Positions 36,008 through 45,222 of a DNA stretch of 64,000 bases are shown piece after piece. Position 1 is the first letter of the stretch. Every line of letters starts with the position of its first letter. A program made the translations under genes and the position numbers. The notes below the pieces were generated by a model. The model searched no databases and was not told the DNA's origin. It was given only the letters and a program-made list of their open reading frames with translations. This stretch comes from Nitrospirota bacterium (GTDB taxonomy: Bacteria; Nitrospirota; Thermodesulfovibrionia; Thermodesulfovibrionales; SM23-35), in the NCBI GenBank assembly GCA_040753955.1, contig JBFMDQ010000002.1:6592-70591 (forward strand), in the 5' to 3' direction.

Positions 36008-36102
36008 ATAACCTTAAAAACTCCACGAGGAAACAGTAAATTTCAAAATTACTGCCAAGGTAACTTAGGCCGATGAGTATTCAGGCAGTTTAAATTCTAT
36101 TT

Positions 36103-36273
36103 TTAACCCATGATTTTAGATGCCTCTATCACCTCGATGCCGATAAGTTCCCCTTCCCTATCAAAATCTGCATGTGCACCTGGGGTGATTGTAATAGTTT
36201 CTGCTGCCTTTGTTTCAAGTTCTGAAAAATATATATACAGGAGGTCTCTTTCATGATCGTATTCAATCCTCAT
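36103..36273 (-). CDS. DUF2283-like small protein
   Basis: MRIEYDHERDLLYIYFSE...GELIGIEVIEASK is the pattern I associate with DUF2283. ATG at 36273 has an AAAGGAGAAAG SD; the ORF track starts at 36303. Confidence 0.6.
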   Translation of the reverse strand: MRIEYDHERDLLYIYFSELETKAAETITITPGAHADFDREGELIGIEVIEASKIMG

Positions 36274-36438
36274 TATTCTTTCTCCTTTCTCAAAACTTTT
36301 CATATCTTGCTTTAGCAGTTAATAATATAAGCTTTTCAGCTTTATATTTATGATACACTGTAACCTCTTTTTCTTCAAAGAATTTCCCTTCCCATTCTGC
36401 TTTATTCTCAGGTTCATGGTCTAACTAACAGAAATCTA

Positions 36439-37524
36439 TCATTCCTCCTCACCCTGCCATCTCCCATTGCTCACTTCTTTCAAGGCCCTCAGAAAAATCC
36501 TATTCTCTTCAGGCGTCCCAACCGTAACCCTCAGGCAACCATTTACAACACCCTTCATATTCCTCACGAGGACCCCTTTCCTTAGAAGACCTTTATATAT
36601 CCTATCAGGGTCTTTCACTCTGAATAAGATAAAGTTTGCCTCTGATGGATAGGGCTTTATTCCATCTATCTTTGACAACTCATGAAAAAGTCTTTTCCTT
36701 TCTGAAACGATTAATTGTATGTTCCTCTGCATCGCTTTTCTATCTTTCAAAACTTCGATCGCTATTGCCTGAGAAAGAGAATTTAGATTAAAAGGAAGTC
36801 TTACCTTATTCACCTCTCTGACTATTTCTTCATCAGCTATCAGGAACCCAACCCTCAAGCCTGCGAGCCCGATCTTACTCAGTGTTCTCATTATCACGAG
36901 GTTTTTGTAATCTTTTAAAAAAGGCAGAAATCCCTTTCTACTCGAAAAAGGCTGATATGCCTCATCAACTACTACGATAGAGAGTGACAAGGTTGACTCG
37001 ATTATCCTTAAAATCCTTTCTGAGGAAAAACAGTTACCTGTTGGGTTATTCGGTGAGTCTAAGAAGATTAATCTGGGTTTTTCTTTGCGTATTGTCTTAA
37101 GTATCCTGCTAATATCGAGGTCAAATTCTTCATCAAGTGGAATCTCTATTTTCTTCTCTCCAATGGCCTGTGCAATAATTCCGTACATAGAGAAGGTAGG
37201 GACTGGATAAAGAACAGGACCACCAAAAGTCGTAATGAGATAATAAATCAGCTCATCCGATCCATTTCCATGGAGTATATTTCCTGGCCTCACCTCAAAG
37301 TACCTTGAGATGAGTTTCTTTAGAGACTTTGCCTCCGGATCTGGATATCTGTTCAGCCCCCCGAAAAGTCTTCGACTTTTTGGGGACCTCAAACTTGTCA
37401 ATACCTTTGGAGATAATCCATAAGGGGCCTCATTTGCATCGAGCTTAACCTTGCACGTGATCTCCTTTGCCTCATAGGCTTGCAGAGAACATATATTGGG
37501 CCTTACGAGTTTCTTAATATCCAT
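36439..37524 (-). CDS. hisC: histidinol-phosphate aminotransferase
   Basis: DSPNNPTG and the PLP-lysine context TLSKIGLAGLRVGF. Confidence 0.9.
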   Translation of the reverse strand: MDIKKLVRPNICSLQAYEAKEITCKVKLDANEAPYGLSPKVLTSLRSPKSRRLFGGLNRYPDPEAKSLKKLISRYFEVRPGNILHGNGSDELIYYLITTFGGPVLYPVPTFSMYGIIAQAIGEKKIEIPLDEEFDLDISRILKTIRKEKPRLIFLDSPNNPTGNCFSSERILRIIESTLSLSIVVVDEAYQPFSSRKGFLPFLKDYKNLVIMRTLSKIGLAGLRVGFLIADEEIVREVNKVRLPFNLNSLSQAIAIEVLKDRKAMQRNIQLIVSERKRLFHELSKIDGIKPYPSEANFILFRVKDPDRIYKGLLRKGVLVRNMKGVVNGCLRVTVGTPEENRIFLRALKEVSNGRWQGEEE

Positions 37525-37634
37525 TTGTGAACGAATTATAACACAACCTCTGAACCTTACCCCGAATAAATCTCAATGACTTTTTTAGACTTCTCTGATA
37601 AACTTTCCATGGGACTGGAGAAGGTAAAAGGGAA

Positions 37635-37856
37635 ATGAATAAAGAATGGGTTGAGGTCTTTGTCACTTACGATTCTCTTGAGGCAGAGATGATTAGAGAC
37701 CTGCTGGAAAGCGGAGGAATATCAGTGGTAGTAAGGTCATCAAAGGTGAGTCCCTATCCTGTTAGTGTCGGTAAAATGGGCGAAATAAAAATATTGGTCA
37801 GAGAAGAGGATAAAGAGGCGGCAGAGAAGGTTATAAAGGGAGAGGAGGAAGCTTGA
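37635..37856 (+). CDS. DUF2007-like small protein (putative signal-transducing fold)
   Basis: 73 aa. VEVFVTYDSLEAEMIRDLLESGGISVVVRS ... ILVREEDKEAAEKVI fits the DUF2007 pattern. Confidence 0.6.
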   Translation: MNKEWVEVFVTYDSLEAEMIRDLLESGGISVVVRSSKVSPYPVSVGKMGEIKILVREEDKEAAEKVIKGEEEA

Positions 37857-37860
37857 GTAT

Positions 37861-38655
37861 ATGCCTTTCGAAACTAAGGGAAGATTAGCCATCATTCCGC
37901 CTTTTGCGGATCCAGAAGAAAGACTTATAGTTGTTGGTGATATTCATGGTGATTCACATAGTTTTAATGCAATCAAAAAAATATTTATCCCCGACAAAGA
38001 TCTTTTAATCTTTTTAGGAGATTATGCAGACAGAGGGCCTAATAGCGTCGAAGTTATAGAAGGAGTTCAAGAATTAATCAAAAGTCATCCTGAAAGGATA
38101 ATTCCTCTCAAAGGTAACCATGAGGATTACACACCAGAAGGAAGACCAATGTTTACTCCTTGCACGCTCATAAGAGAGGTCGAAACAAAGAGAGGAAGCT
38201 GGAGATTATACTTTAAAGAACTTAGAAAAAATTTTCTGGATGGGCTTTACCTATCAGCTACAATTCCCGGGAAAGTTCTTTTTGTTCACGGTGGCATTTC
38301 TAATGTAATTAAGAGTAAAGAAGATTTGGTTAATCCAAACGAATTAGTAGAAGAAGGTATTCTGTGGAGTGACCCCTATGAAATAAAAGGTGAGTATGGA
38401 AATCCACGCGGTGCCGGGGTACTGTTTGGTCCAGATATAAGCAAAGAAGTTACGAAGAGATTAAACGTTAAATACATTATAAGAAGCCACGAACCAGGAA
38501 AAGCTCCACGCGGCCCTTTTATCGAGCACGAAGGTAGAATGGTAACTATTAGTTCTACCAGAGTGTACGGTGGAAGGTCTTTCGTTTTAATTTTGCCTTT
38601 TGAAGATCTCCCGAAAACTGGGAATGAAATAGAAAAGTATATATTCTTCCTTTAG
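37861..38655 (+). CDS. PPP-family (PP1/PP2A-like) serine/threonine phosphatase
   Basis: GDIHGD, GDYADRG, GNHE, HGG, LWSDP, RGAG and RSHE motifs in the canonical PPP order. Confidence 0.85.
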   Translation: MPFETKGRLAIIPPFADPEERLIVVGDIHGDSHSFNAIKKIFIPDKDLLIFLGDYADRGPNSVEVIEGVQELIKSHPERIIPLKGNHEDYTPEGRPMFTPCTLIREVETKRGSWRLYFKELRKNFLDGLYLSATIPGKVLFVHGGISNVIKSKEDLVNPNELVEEGILWSDPYEIKGEYGNPRGAGVLFGPDISKEVTKRLNVKYIIRSHEPGKAPRGPFIEHEGRMVTISSTRVYGGRSFVLILPFEDLPKTGNEIEKYIFFL

Positions 38656-38705
38656 TTCTTTAAAACTGCAAAGCTTACTCGGAGGTATCTAAAATTCGAG
38701 CTTAT

Positions 38706-39875
38706 CTATACAATCTCAGAAAGTGACGGTATCTGCTTGAACTCCTCAGAGAGCTCTTCAGAAACTATAAAAGGTATTATTCCTCGCTTTACGGCACCTT
38801 CCAAATCTTCCTCACCAGTAGCCCGGGCCACAAGATGCTTTTTATCTTTCAGACCTAAAGCCTCAAGCATGGCGTTAAGAATGCCTTTTGGAAAGGCATA
38901 AACGAAAAGGTGCCCTTCAAAGATGCTGAATATGGGTCGGAATTCTATGACCACTCCGGCGCCAAGCTTTTTTGTGGTGAGCATCTTTGAATCGAGTAGT
39001 TTCTCTGTTAGCTTTTTTCTCGCATTCGCAGATGCGCTGAATATCTTTGCAGCCTCTTCAAACAGTTTTGGCACAGAATAGGTCATTAGAGTTCGAGAGA
39101 CGTCGAGCCTGAACCACCATAGGTCATAGCTTAGAAGGGATCTTCGCCGTGCGACATCGCTCAAATTGCCAATAAACATGTTTCGTATGTATAAGAGATC
39201 GGGATAATCGTAGAGAGCTGATGGCTTCTCGTATGCGCACTCTTCTAAAGTCGAGTAAATCTCGGCAATCTTCTTGCCCACCAAGTCCCTGTTGTAAAAA
39301 GAGACCATCCTGTTCAACATGTGATCGTCGATGCTGAAGCCATAAAGCAGTATCTCGGTCCCTTCGACTTCCCTATTAGCCTTGCCCATGAGCACAAATA
39401 TGCGCGGATTATCTGAACCCTTTGGGATTGCAAAGAATTTAAAGACATGATGCCTTGCGAATACATAAACAGGAACATCCTTCAGTGCAAAATGGGAAGC
39501 TGCGAGCTTTAAACCTTCGCCATAGTAGCCTCTCATCCAGCACTCCTTGTCCGTTCCTCCTATGGAGAGAGCCTCAACTTTCAGCCCCCTACCCCTGTCA
39601 ATGATCCACGTGCCTATGCTATCCTTTTTAACGTTAACTTCGGGCTTTCCAGTGATAAGCTCAGCTTCATCCAGTGCATTTTGAACCAGCTCTCTGAGTG
39701 ATTTGAACACGTCGAACCCACGCCTTTCAATATAATCTTTTGTAATACCCAAAGGAACTACAGCATCGTAACGGTCTATAAATTCTTTCAGCTCCTCTGT
39801 TTCCTTTGTCGCCTCCTGTGCTGACAGCTCATCAACCTTTTTTAAGCTATCTATGGATAGCACAGAGGCACGCAT
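38706..39875 (-). CDS. orphan GHKL (Bergerat-fold) ATPase-like protein; start uncertain (ORF extends to 40052)
   Basis: N-box RELVQNALDEAE (nt ~39669-39692), G1 IIDRGRGL and G2 GYYGEGLKLA. The first ~55 codons of the 448-aa ORF are made of CCCCGTTAGAAA-family repeat DNA, so I prefer the ATG at 39875 (MRASVLS). Confidence 0.6.
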   Translation of the reverse strand: MRASVLSIDSLKKVDELSAQEATKETEELKEFIDRYDAVVPLGITKDYIERRGFDVFKSLRELVQNALDEAELITGKPEVNVKKDSIGTWIIDRGRGLKVEALSIGGTDKECWMRGYYGEGLKLAASHFALKDVPVYVFARHHVFKFFAIPKGSDNPRIFVLMGKANREVEGTEILLYGFSIDDHMLNRMVSFYNRDLVGKKIAEIYSTLEECAYEKPSALYDYPDLLYIRNMFIGNLSDVARRRSLLSYDLWWFRLDVSRTLMTYSVPKLFEEAAKIFSASANARKKLTEKLLDSKMLTTKKLGAGVVIEFRPIFSIFEGHLFVYAFPKGILNAMLEALGLKDKKHLVARATGEEDLEGAVKRGIIPFIVSEELSEEFKQIPSLSEIV

Positions 39876-39904
39876 GACAGAAGGAATTTCATATTCTGAA
39901 TAAG

Positions 39905-40023
39905 CCCCGTTAGAAAGCTCGGGTGGGGCTTTAAACCCCATTTTGTATTTTTTACCCCGCCCCGTTAGATGCTTCCTATCTAATAGGGCCCGCCTTTTTG
40001 TCGGAGCTTTCTTTCTAACGGGG
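39905..40023 (-). repeat. CCCCGTTAGAAA/TTTCTAACGGGG repeat element, long copy
   Basis: Minus strand reads TTTACCCCGTTAGAAAGAAAGCTCCG ... TCTAACGGGG ... GAGCTTTCTAACGGGG. The first ~25 nt are nearly identical to the copy at 45187. Confidence 0.7.
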
Positions 40024-40220
40024 TAAATATCGTCCATAGGGTAGTATATCATGCAGCGATAGTAGAAATGTCTTCAGTGCTTCCTTTACAGACTGTCCTT
40101 TTGAGTTTCTGGGATCGACTTCAAATAGAGTTCTATTCTCAATGATATTTTTGATTAGAGTCGAGAGAAAAAATACTCAATGACTTATGACTGATGACTG
40201 ATGAATTTTTACTCTGACTA

Positions 40221-40341
40221 TATAACCTTGTTAAGCTGATACTCCACAATCCCTGATGCACCTGCCATCTTGAGCTTCGGTATGATGTCACGCACAACCC
40301 TCTCATCAATCATTACCTCAAGGGCATACCATCCCTTATCA
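40221..40341 (-). pseudogene. relic duplicate of the hisG 3' end
   Basis: 121 bp that align with 40877-40997 (the last ~40 codons of hisG) with about 7 mismatches by eye. Confidence 0.8.
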
Positions 40342-40390
40342 AATCTTTATTTCTCATAGATTCTTTTAGGCCATTGAGTAAACTATTTGC

Positions 40391-40806
40391 ATGATACGGT
40401 ACAAACTGATTCCAGAAGATATTCATCAAAAAATCAACTCCCTAAAAGGTCTCTTTACAAGTGATTCTAACATCGTCTTTGCCTATCTCTTTGGCGGACT
40501 ATTAAAAGACAAACCAAACCCTTTAAGTGATGTTGACGTGGCTGTATATGTAAAGAATATAAAGAAATTAGACTATCTTGAGTTATTTGGTAATATTGCC
40601 AATGTCCTCGCACAGATGAGATTGACCTTGTAATTTTAAATACCGCTCAACTCAGTCTTACAGGAAGAATCCTGCAAAACAGAGAGGTCCTTGTTGATAA
40701 AGATCCCTTTTTAAGGCACAAATATGAATCAATTATCTTGAGGGAATTTTTTGACTTTACAATAAAGGAAAGAGACATCCTGAAAAGGAGGTACGGAATT
40801 GGTTGA
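40391..40806 (+). pseudogene. MNT-type nucleotidyltransferase antitoxin gene, frameshifted
   Basis: LFGGLLKDKPNPLSDVDVAVYV (GG...DxD). The frame breaks near 40610 and continues in another frame as TDEIDLVILNTAQLSLTGRILQNREVLVDKDPF...RRYGIG. Confidence 0.7.
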
Positions 40807-40876
40807 TAAACTTTTGTTAGGAAGAAAGATTGCACAGATGGAGACCTATTTGGGTCAGATTAAAGAGTATTTACGG
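40802..40876 (+). pseudogene. possible 5' stub of the partner HepT (DUF86) toxin gene, truncated at the hisG duplication junction
   Basis: [24 protein letters not shown] overlaps the MNT stop, as in MNT-HepT operons. Only ~25 codons remain before hisG-derived sequence begins. Confidence 0.3.
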
Positions 40877-41746
40877 TATAACCTTGTTAAGCTGATACTC
40901 CACAATCCCTGATGCACCTGCCATCTTGAGTTTCGGAATAATGTCTCGCACAATCTTCTCATCAATCATTACCTCAAGGGCATACCATCCCTTATCAGAA
41001 AGGGATGATATTGTAGGCGAGTGCATGGCAGAAAGAAGGCTCATTACCCTTTTAAGAGAGCCTTCAGGAACATTCATCTTGAGCCCAACCTTCTCCTCTG
41101 CTGCGAGAGCCCCCCTGAGGAGCATCACAATATTCTCCATCTTCCGTCTCTTCCACCTGTCACGCCATGACTTCTTGTTCGCAATAAACCTCGTGCTCGA
41201 CTCAAGGATGGTCTCAATGACCCTCAGATTATTCGCCTTTAAGGATGCTCCTGTCTCTGTAAGCTCAACTATCGCATCTGCAAGGTGCGGTGGTTTTACC
41301 TCTGTTGCACCCCATGAAAAATCCACTTCAGCTTTTATACCCCTGGATTTGAGATACTTCTTTGTAAATCCTACAAGCTCAGTCGCAATGCGCTTTCCTT
41401 CCAGGTCCTTTAAAATCCTTATCTTAGAATCATTCGGAACTGCGATTACCCACTTTACAGGCCTGAGACCTTCCTTTGCATAGATAAGCTCAGCGACCTC
41501 ATGGACATCTGCATTCTGCTCCATTATCCAATCTTTCCCTGTAAGACCACAGTCGAGTATTCCATTCTCCACATACCTCGCCATCTCCTGTGCCCTGATT
41601 AACATGGCCCCAATCTCAGGGTCATCAAGGGAAGGATAATAAGAACGGTCCGATAAAGTTATGTGATATCCTGCCTTTCTAAAGAGCTTTAATGTTGATT
41701 CTTGGAGACTTCCCTTCGGAAGACCAAGCTTTAATATTTTATTCAT
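40871..41746 (-). CDS. hisG: ATP phosphoribosyltransferase (long form)
   Basis: [15 protein letters not shown] start and a C-terminal regulatory domain; 291 aa from the ATG at 41746. The ORF extends to 41764. Confidence 0.9.
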   Translation of the reverse strand: MNKILKLGLPKGSLQESTLKLFRKAGYHITLSDRSYYPSLDDPEIGAMLIRAQEMARYVENGILDCGLTGKDWIMEQNADVHEVAELIYAKEGLRPVKWVIAVPNDSKIRILKDLEGKRIATELVGFTKKYLKSRGIKAEVDFSWGATEVKPPHLADAIVELTETGASLKANNLRVIETILESSTRFIANKKSWRDRWKRRKMENIVMLLRGALAAEEKVGLKMNVPEGSLKRVMSLLSAMHSPTISSLSDKGWYALEVMIDEKIVRDIIPKLKMAGASGIVEYQLNKVIP

Positions 41747-41849
41747 TGTGATATAATTTATCATATTGTTGATGTTGTTACAACTAACTATTAAACGGCG
41801 ATAGTATCTAAGAATTTTAGCTTAATATTTCAATCTCAATTATTACAGA

Positions 41850-42031
41850 CTGAAAAATTGCTCTTGGAGCGAACATTACGAAATTTTTGGGTTACCAGCC
41901 TTAGTGAAGGGAGCATTCCCACAGGGGCGAATTTACACTGTTCGAGGCTGAAGGCCGAGTTTGCAAATTCGAGCGACCGAGCTTTAGACTGGTCAAAAAT
42001 TTCGTTCAGGGAGCGAAAGAGCATTTTTCAG
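41850..42031. repeat. 182-bp long imperfect palindrome with direct GGAGCGAA cores
   Basis: Arms CTGAAAAATTGCTCTT-GGAGCGAA-CATTACGAAATTTTTGGGTTACCAG and CTGGTCAAAAATTTCGTTCAG-GGAGCGAA-AGAGCATTTTTCAG. There is also an inner CGAATTTACA / TGCAAATTCG pairing. Confidence 0.65.
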
Positions 42032-42060
42032 CAACAACTGACTCTTTCACTTCAGAGCGG

Positions 42061-45000
42061 ATGCCGATTGACTTTACATATTTAACTTTAACAAATATCA
42101 TTGATGAAGGCTTAAAAGCCTCGCGCCTTTACAACCTTACGGGCTCATCTTCAGCCCTTCTTCTTGCCCTTTATGATAAGCCCTATCTCGCTGTTGAAGT
42201 AACGGAAGAACTTGCAGAGGAGTTATGGAAAGATATTAATTTCTTCAGAGAGGTTTTAAGGAAAGACAATGTCCTCTTTCTTCCCGAACCTGATGGATCT
42301 TCCCTTTCAGGTGAAAGGGCAAAGACGATCTACTCCCTTAAAAAAACCGATTCTCTCGTCTGTTCTTTCAAAACCCTTAGATCACCTATATGGTCTCAGA
42401 GAGAAATAGGGGGGATCGTTCTAAACCTCAAAAAAGGGACGGAGATAGAGAGGACAGAAATAGATAAAAGACTTAAGGAAATCGGTTACAGGAAGGTCTC
42501 CCTTGTTTCTGAAAAAGGGGAATACAGCCAGCGTGGTTGGCTCTTCGACATCTTTCCCTCGACATCAGAAAACCCCTTGAGAGTTGAGTTTTTCGGTGAT
42601 GAGATTGAAACCATAAAGACATTTGATGTCGAAACACAGATATCAAGGGAGGAGGTTTTTGAATCTTCGATCTTCCCCGCAGAGGAGCCTTCTTCAGGCA
42701 AGACAATTATGGAGATAATGGGTAATGTGAAATACTTCTTTTCTGATTCCATTCAGGAAAGAAGCGGACTTGCCGGGGATATTATTTTTCTTTCGAGGTA
42801 TTCTTTAAAAGGCCCTGGTTATGAAGTCGGGATGTTCTCTCTCAAGGGTCTTGGGATAATGCCTGAGGAAAGGAAAAATATTGAGGAATTAACACAAAAG
42901 ATTAAGCTACTTCAGAAAGAAAACAGGATAGCCCTCATCTCTTCATCAAGAGGCCAGGCAGAGAGGCTTAAAGAGATAATAAGAGAAGGGAGCATAATTG
43001 CGCCTCTCATTGATAAAACAGACCTTCTTGATTATGAAGGCAGTATCTCGATTACAATTGGCGACCTTTCGTCAGGTCTCTTCTTCCCAGGCCTCTTAAT
43101 CCTGACGGAAAAAGAGATCTTCGGTGGAAGGCCTGCCTACAGACCTATCAAGAGGTCTAAGGTATCAAGGCTCCTTACATCCCTCGATGACCTCCTGCCA
43201 GGCGACTTTGTTGTCCACAAAGATCATGGCATAGGAAGATTTCATGGACTTGTACGCCAGAGTGTCGAAGGCATCGAAGAAGATCTCTTAGTAATCGATT
43301 ACGAAGGCGGAAGACTATACTTACCTCTTCACGGTATTAACAGTATCCATAAATATCATTCTGAAGAAGGGGCTATACCAAAGATCGACAGGCTTGGGGG
43401 AAAGACCTGGCAGAGAACAAAGGAGAAGGTGAGAAGAAAGGTACAAGAGATGGCAGAGAGGCTTATTGCCCTTTATGCAGAAAGAGAAGTCTATAAGGGT
43501 TTCTCCTTCAGCCCAGATACAGAACTCCACAGGGAATTTGATAGCTTCTTTCCTTACGAGGAGACGCCTGACCAGACAGTGGCCATAGAGGATATCAAAA
43601 AAGACATGGAATCAGAAAGACCAATGGAAAGGCTCATCTGCGGAGATGTCGGATATGGGAAGACAGAGGTCGCAATGAGGGCAGCCTTCAAGGCAGTGTA
43701 TAACGGGATGCAGGTAGCTCTGCTTGTGCCTACGACAATATTGTGTGAACAGCACTACAGGACTTTCAAGATAAGGTTTTCTGCCTTTCCTGTAAGGATA
43801 GATTATCTGAGCAGGTTCAAATCAAATAGGAAGCAGCAGGAGACAATCAGGGCCCTCTCAAATGGAGATATAGACATAATCATAGGGACGCATAGCCTTC
43901 TCAACAAGGATATAAGCTTTCATAAACTCGGACTTCTTATTATTGATGATGAGCACAGGTTTGGAGTCAGACAGAAGGAGAGGATAAAAGAACTGAAAAG
44001 GGGTATCGATGTTCTCACCCTTTCTGCAACGCCTATACCGAGAACACTTTATATGGCAATCTCGGATATAAGAGATATGAGCATAATCGAAACACCACCT
44101 GAGGAAAGGCTCGCTGTCAGAAGTACTGTCTCTGTATTTAATGGGGAACTTATAAAAGAGACTATAGATAGGGAACTCGAGAGAAAGGGACAGGTCTTTT
44201 TCATTCATAACAGGATAAAGGACATACATAAGATTGCCGAATATCTGGTAAGACTCCTACCTACAGCTCGGAACGTTGATTATTCAATCTACGTTCCGAG
44301 GATATCGATTGCACATGGGCAGATGCCTGAAAGGGAACTCGAAAAAATCATGCTCCAGTTCTATGAAGGCAAAATAGATGTCCTTGTGGCTACTGCCATA
44401 GTTGGCTCAGGACTTGACATTCCAACGGCTAATACCATCATCATCAACAGGGCAGACATGATGGGGCTTGCTGAACTCTATCAACTCAGGGGCCGCGTTG
44501 GGAGGAGCAGTGTGAGGGCCTATTCCTATTTTCTTATTCCTGGTGAGGATATCATCACTGAAGAAGCCAGAAGGAGGCTACAGGCAATACAGGAGATGAG
44601 CTATCTTGGAGCTGGCCTCAGGCTTGCTATGAAGGACCTCGAGATCAGGGGCGCAGGAAACCTCCTGGGTCCTGAACAATCAGGACATATCTATGCCGTC
44701 GGCTTTGACCTTTATATAGAGATGTTAGAAAAGGCGGTGGCTGAACTAAAAGGCGTGAAGGTAGAAGAGGAGTTTGAACCATCAATAAGTTTAAAGGTTA
44801 ATGCCTTTATACCAGAAGAATATGTAGATGACATAACGCTCAGGCTCAGCCTGTATAGAAGGATTGCATCATCAAAGACGCATGAAATCCTAAAGGCTCT
44901 TGAATTAGAGATGGAGGACAGGTTTGGAAGACCACCAGAAGAGGTAAAAAACCTCCTCGATATAATGAGGCTTAAAATAATGGCTAAGGAACTCCTCGTT

Positions 45001-45222
45001 ACAAAGATCCAAGATGTACATGGAAGGATCCGGGTAATCTTCTCTCCTGATACAAAGGTAGAGCCCCGGGACATCTTCGAACTTCATAAAAAAAGAGATG
45101 GAAAGATTAAATTCTTACCGGACGGTTTTGAGCTTGACCTCAGAGGACTTCCATGGGAGGGAGTCTATGAAGAAGTCTCTTCTCTCTTTACCCCGTTAGA
45201 AAGAAAGTTCCGCCCCAAATAA
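42061..45222 (+). CDS. mfd: transcription-repair coupling factor
   Basis: 1053 aa. Helicase motifs GDVGYGKTEVAMRAAF and IIDDEHRFG, the TRG motif region, and a CarD-like domain GDFVVHKDHGIGRF. The last ~10 codons lie in a repeat element. Confidence 0.95.
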   Translation: MPIDFTYLTLTNIIDEGLKASRLYNLTGSSSALLLALYDKPYLAVEVTEELAEELWKDINFFREVLRKDNVLFLPEPDGSSLSGERAKTIYSLKKTDSLVCSFKTLRSPIWSQREIGGIVLNLKKGTEIERTEIDKRLKEIGYRKVSLVSEKGEYSQRGWLFDIFPSTSENPLRVEFFGDEIETIKTFDVETQISREEVFESSIFPAEEPSSGKTIMEIMGNVKYFFSDSIQERSGLAGDIIFLSRYSLKGPGYEVGMFSLKGLGIMPEERKNIEELTQKIKLLQKENRIALISSSRGQAERLKEIIREGSIIAPLIDKTDLLDYEGSISITIGDLSSGLFFPGLLILTEKEIFGGRPAYRPIKRSKVSRLLTSLDDLLPGDFVVHKDHGIGRFHGLVRQSVEGIEEDLLVIDYEGGRLYLPLHGINSIHKYHSEEGAIPKIDRLGGKTWQRTKEKVRRKVQEMAERLIALYAEREVYKGFSFSPDTELHREFDSFFPYEETPDQTVAIEDIKKDMESERPMERLICGDVGYGKTEVAMRAAFKAVYNGMQVALLVPTTILCEQHYRTFKIRFSAFPVRIDYLSRFKSNRKQQETIRALSNGDIDIIIGTHSLLNKDISFHKLGLLIIDDEHRFGVRQKERIKELKRGIDVLTLSATPIPRTLYMAISDIRDMSIIETPPEERLAVRSTVSVFNGELIKETIDRELERKGQVFFIHNRIKDIHKIAEYLVRLLPTARNVDYSIYVPRISIAHGQMPERELEKIMLQFYEGKIDVLVATAIVGSGLDIPTANTIIINRADMMGLAELYQLRGRVGRSSVRAYSYFLIPGEDIITEEARRRLQAIQEMSYLGAGLRLAMKDLEIRGAGNLLGPEQSGHIYAVGFDLYIEMLEKAVAELKGVKVEEEFEPSISLKVNAFIPEEYVDDITLRLSLYRRIASSKTHEILKALELEMEDRFGRPPEEVKNLLDIMRLKIMAKELLVTKIQDVHGRIRVIFSPDTKVEPRDIFELHKKRDGKIKFLPDGFELDLRGLPWEGVYEEVSSLFTPLERKFRPK

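Noticed and set aside
36304-36438. Startless 43-codon frame upstream of the DUF2283 gene considered as a DUF4258/BrnT-type toxin gene.
   Set aside because: It has no start codon, and I recognise no family motifs. It is kept only as a possible relic in a finding.
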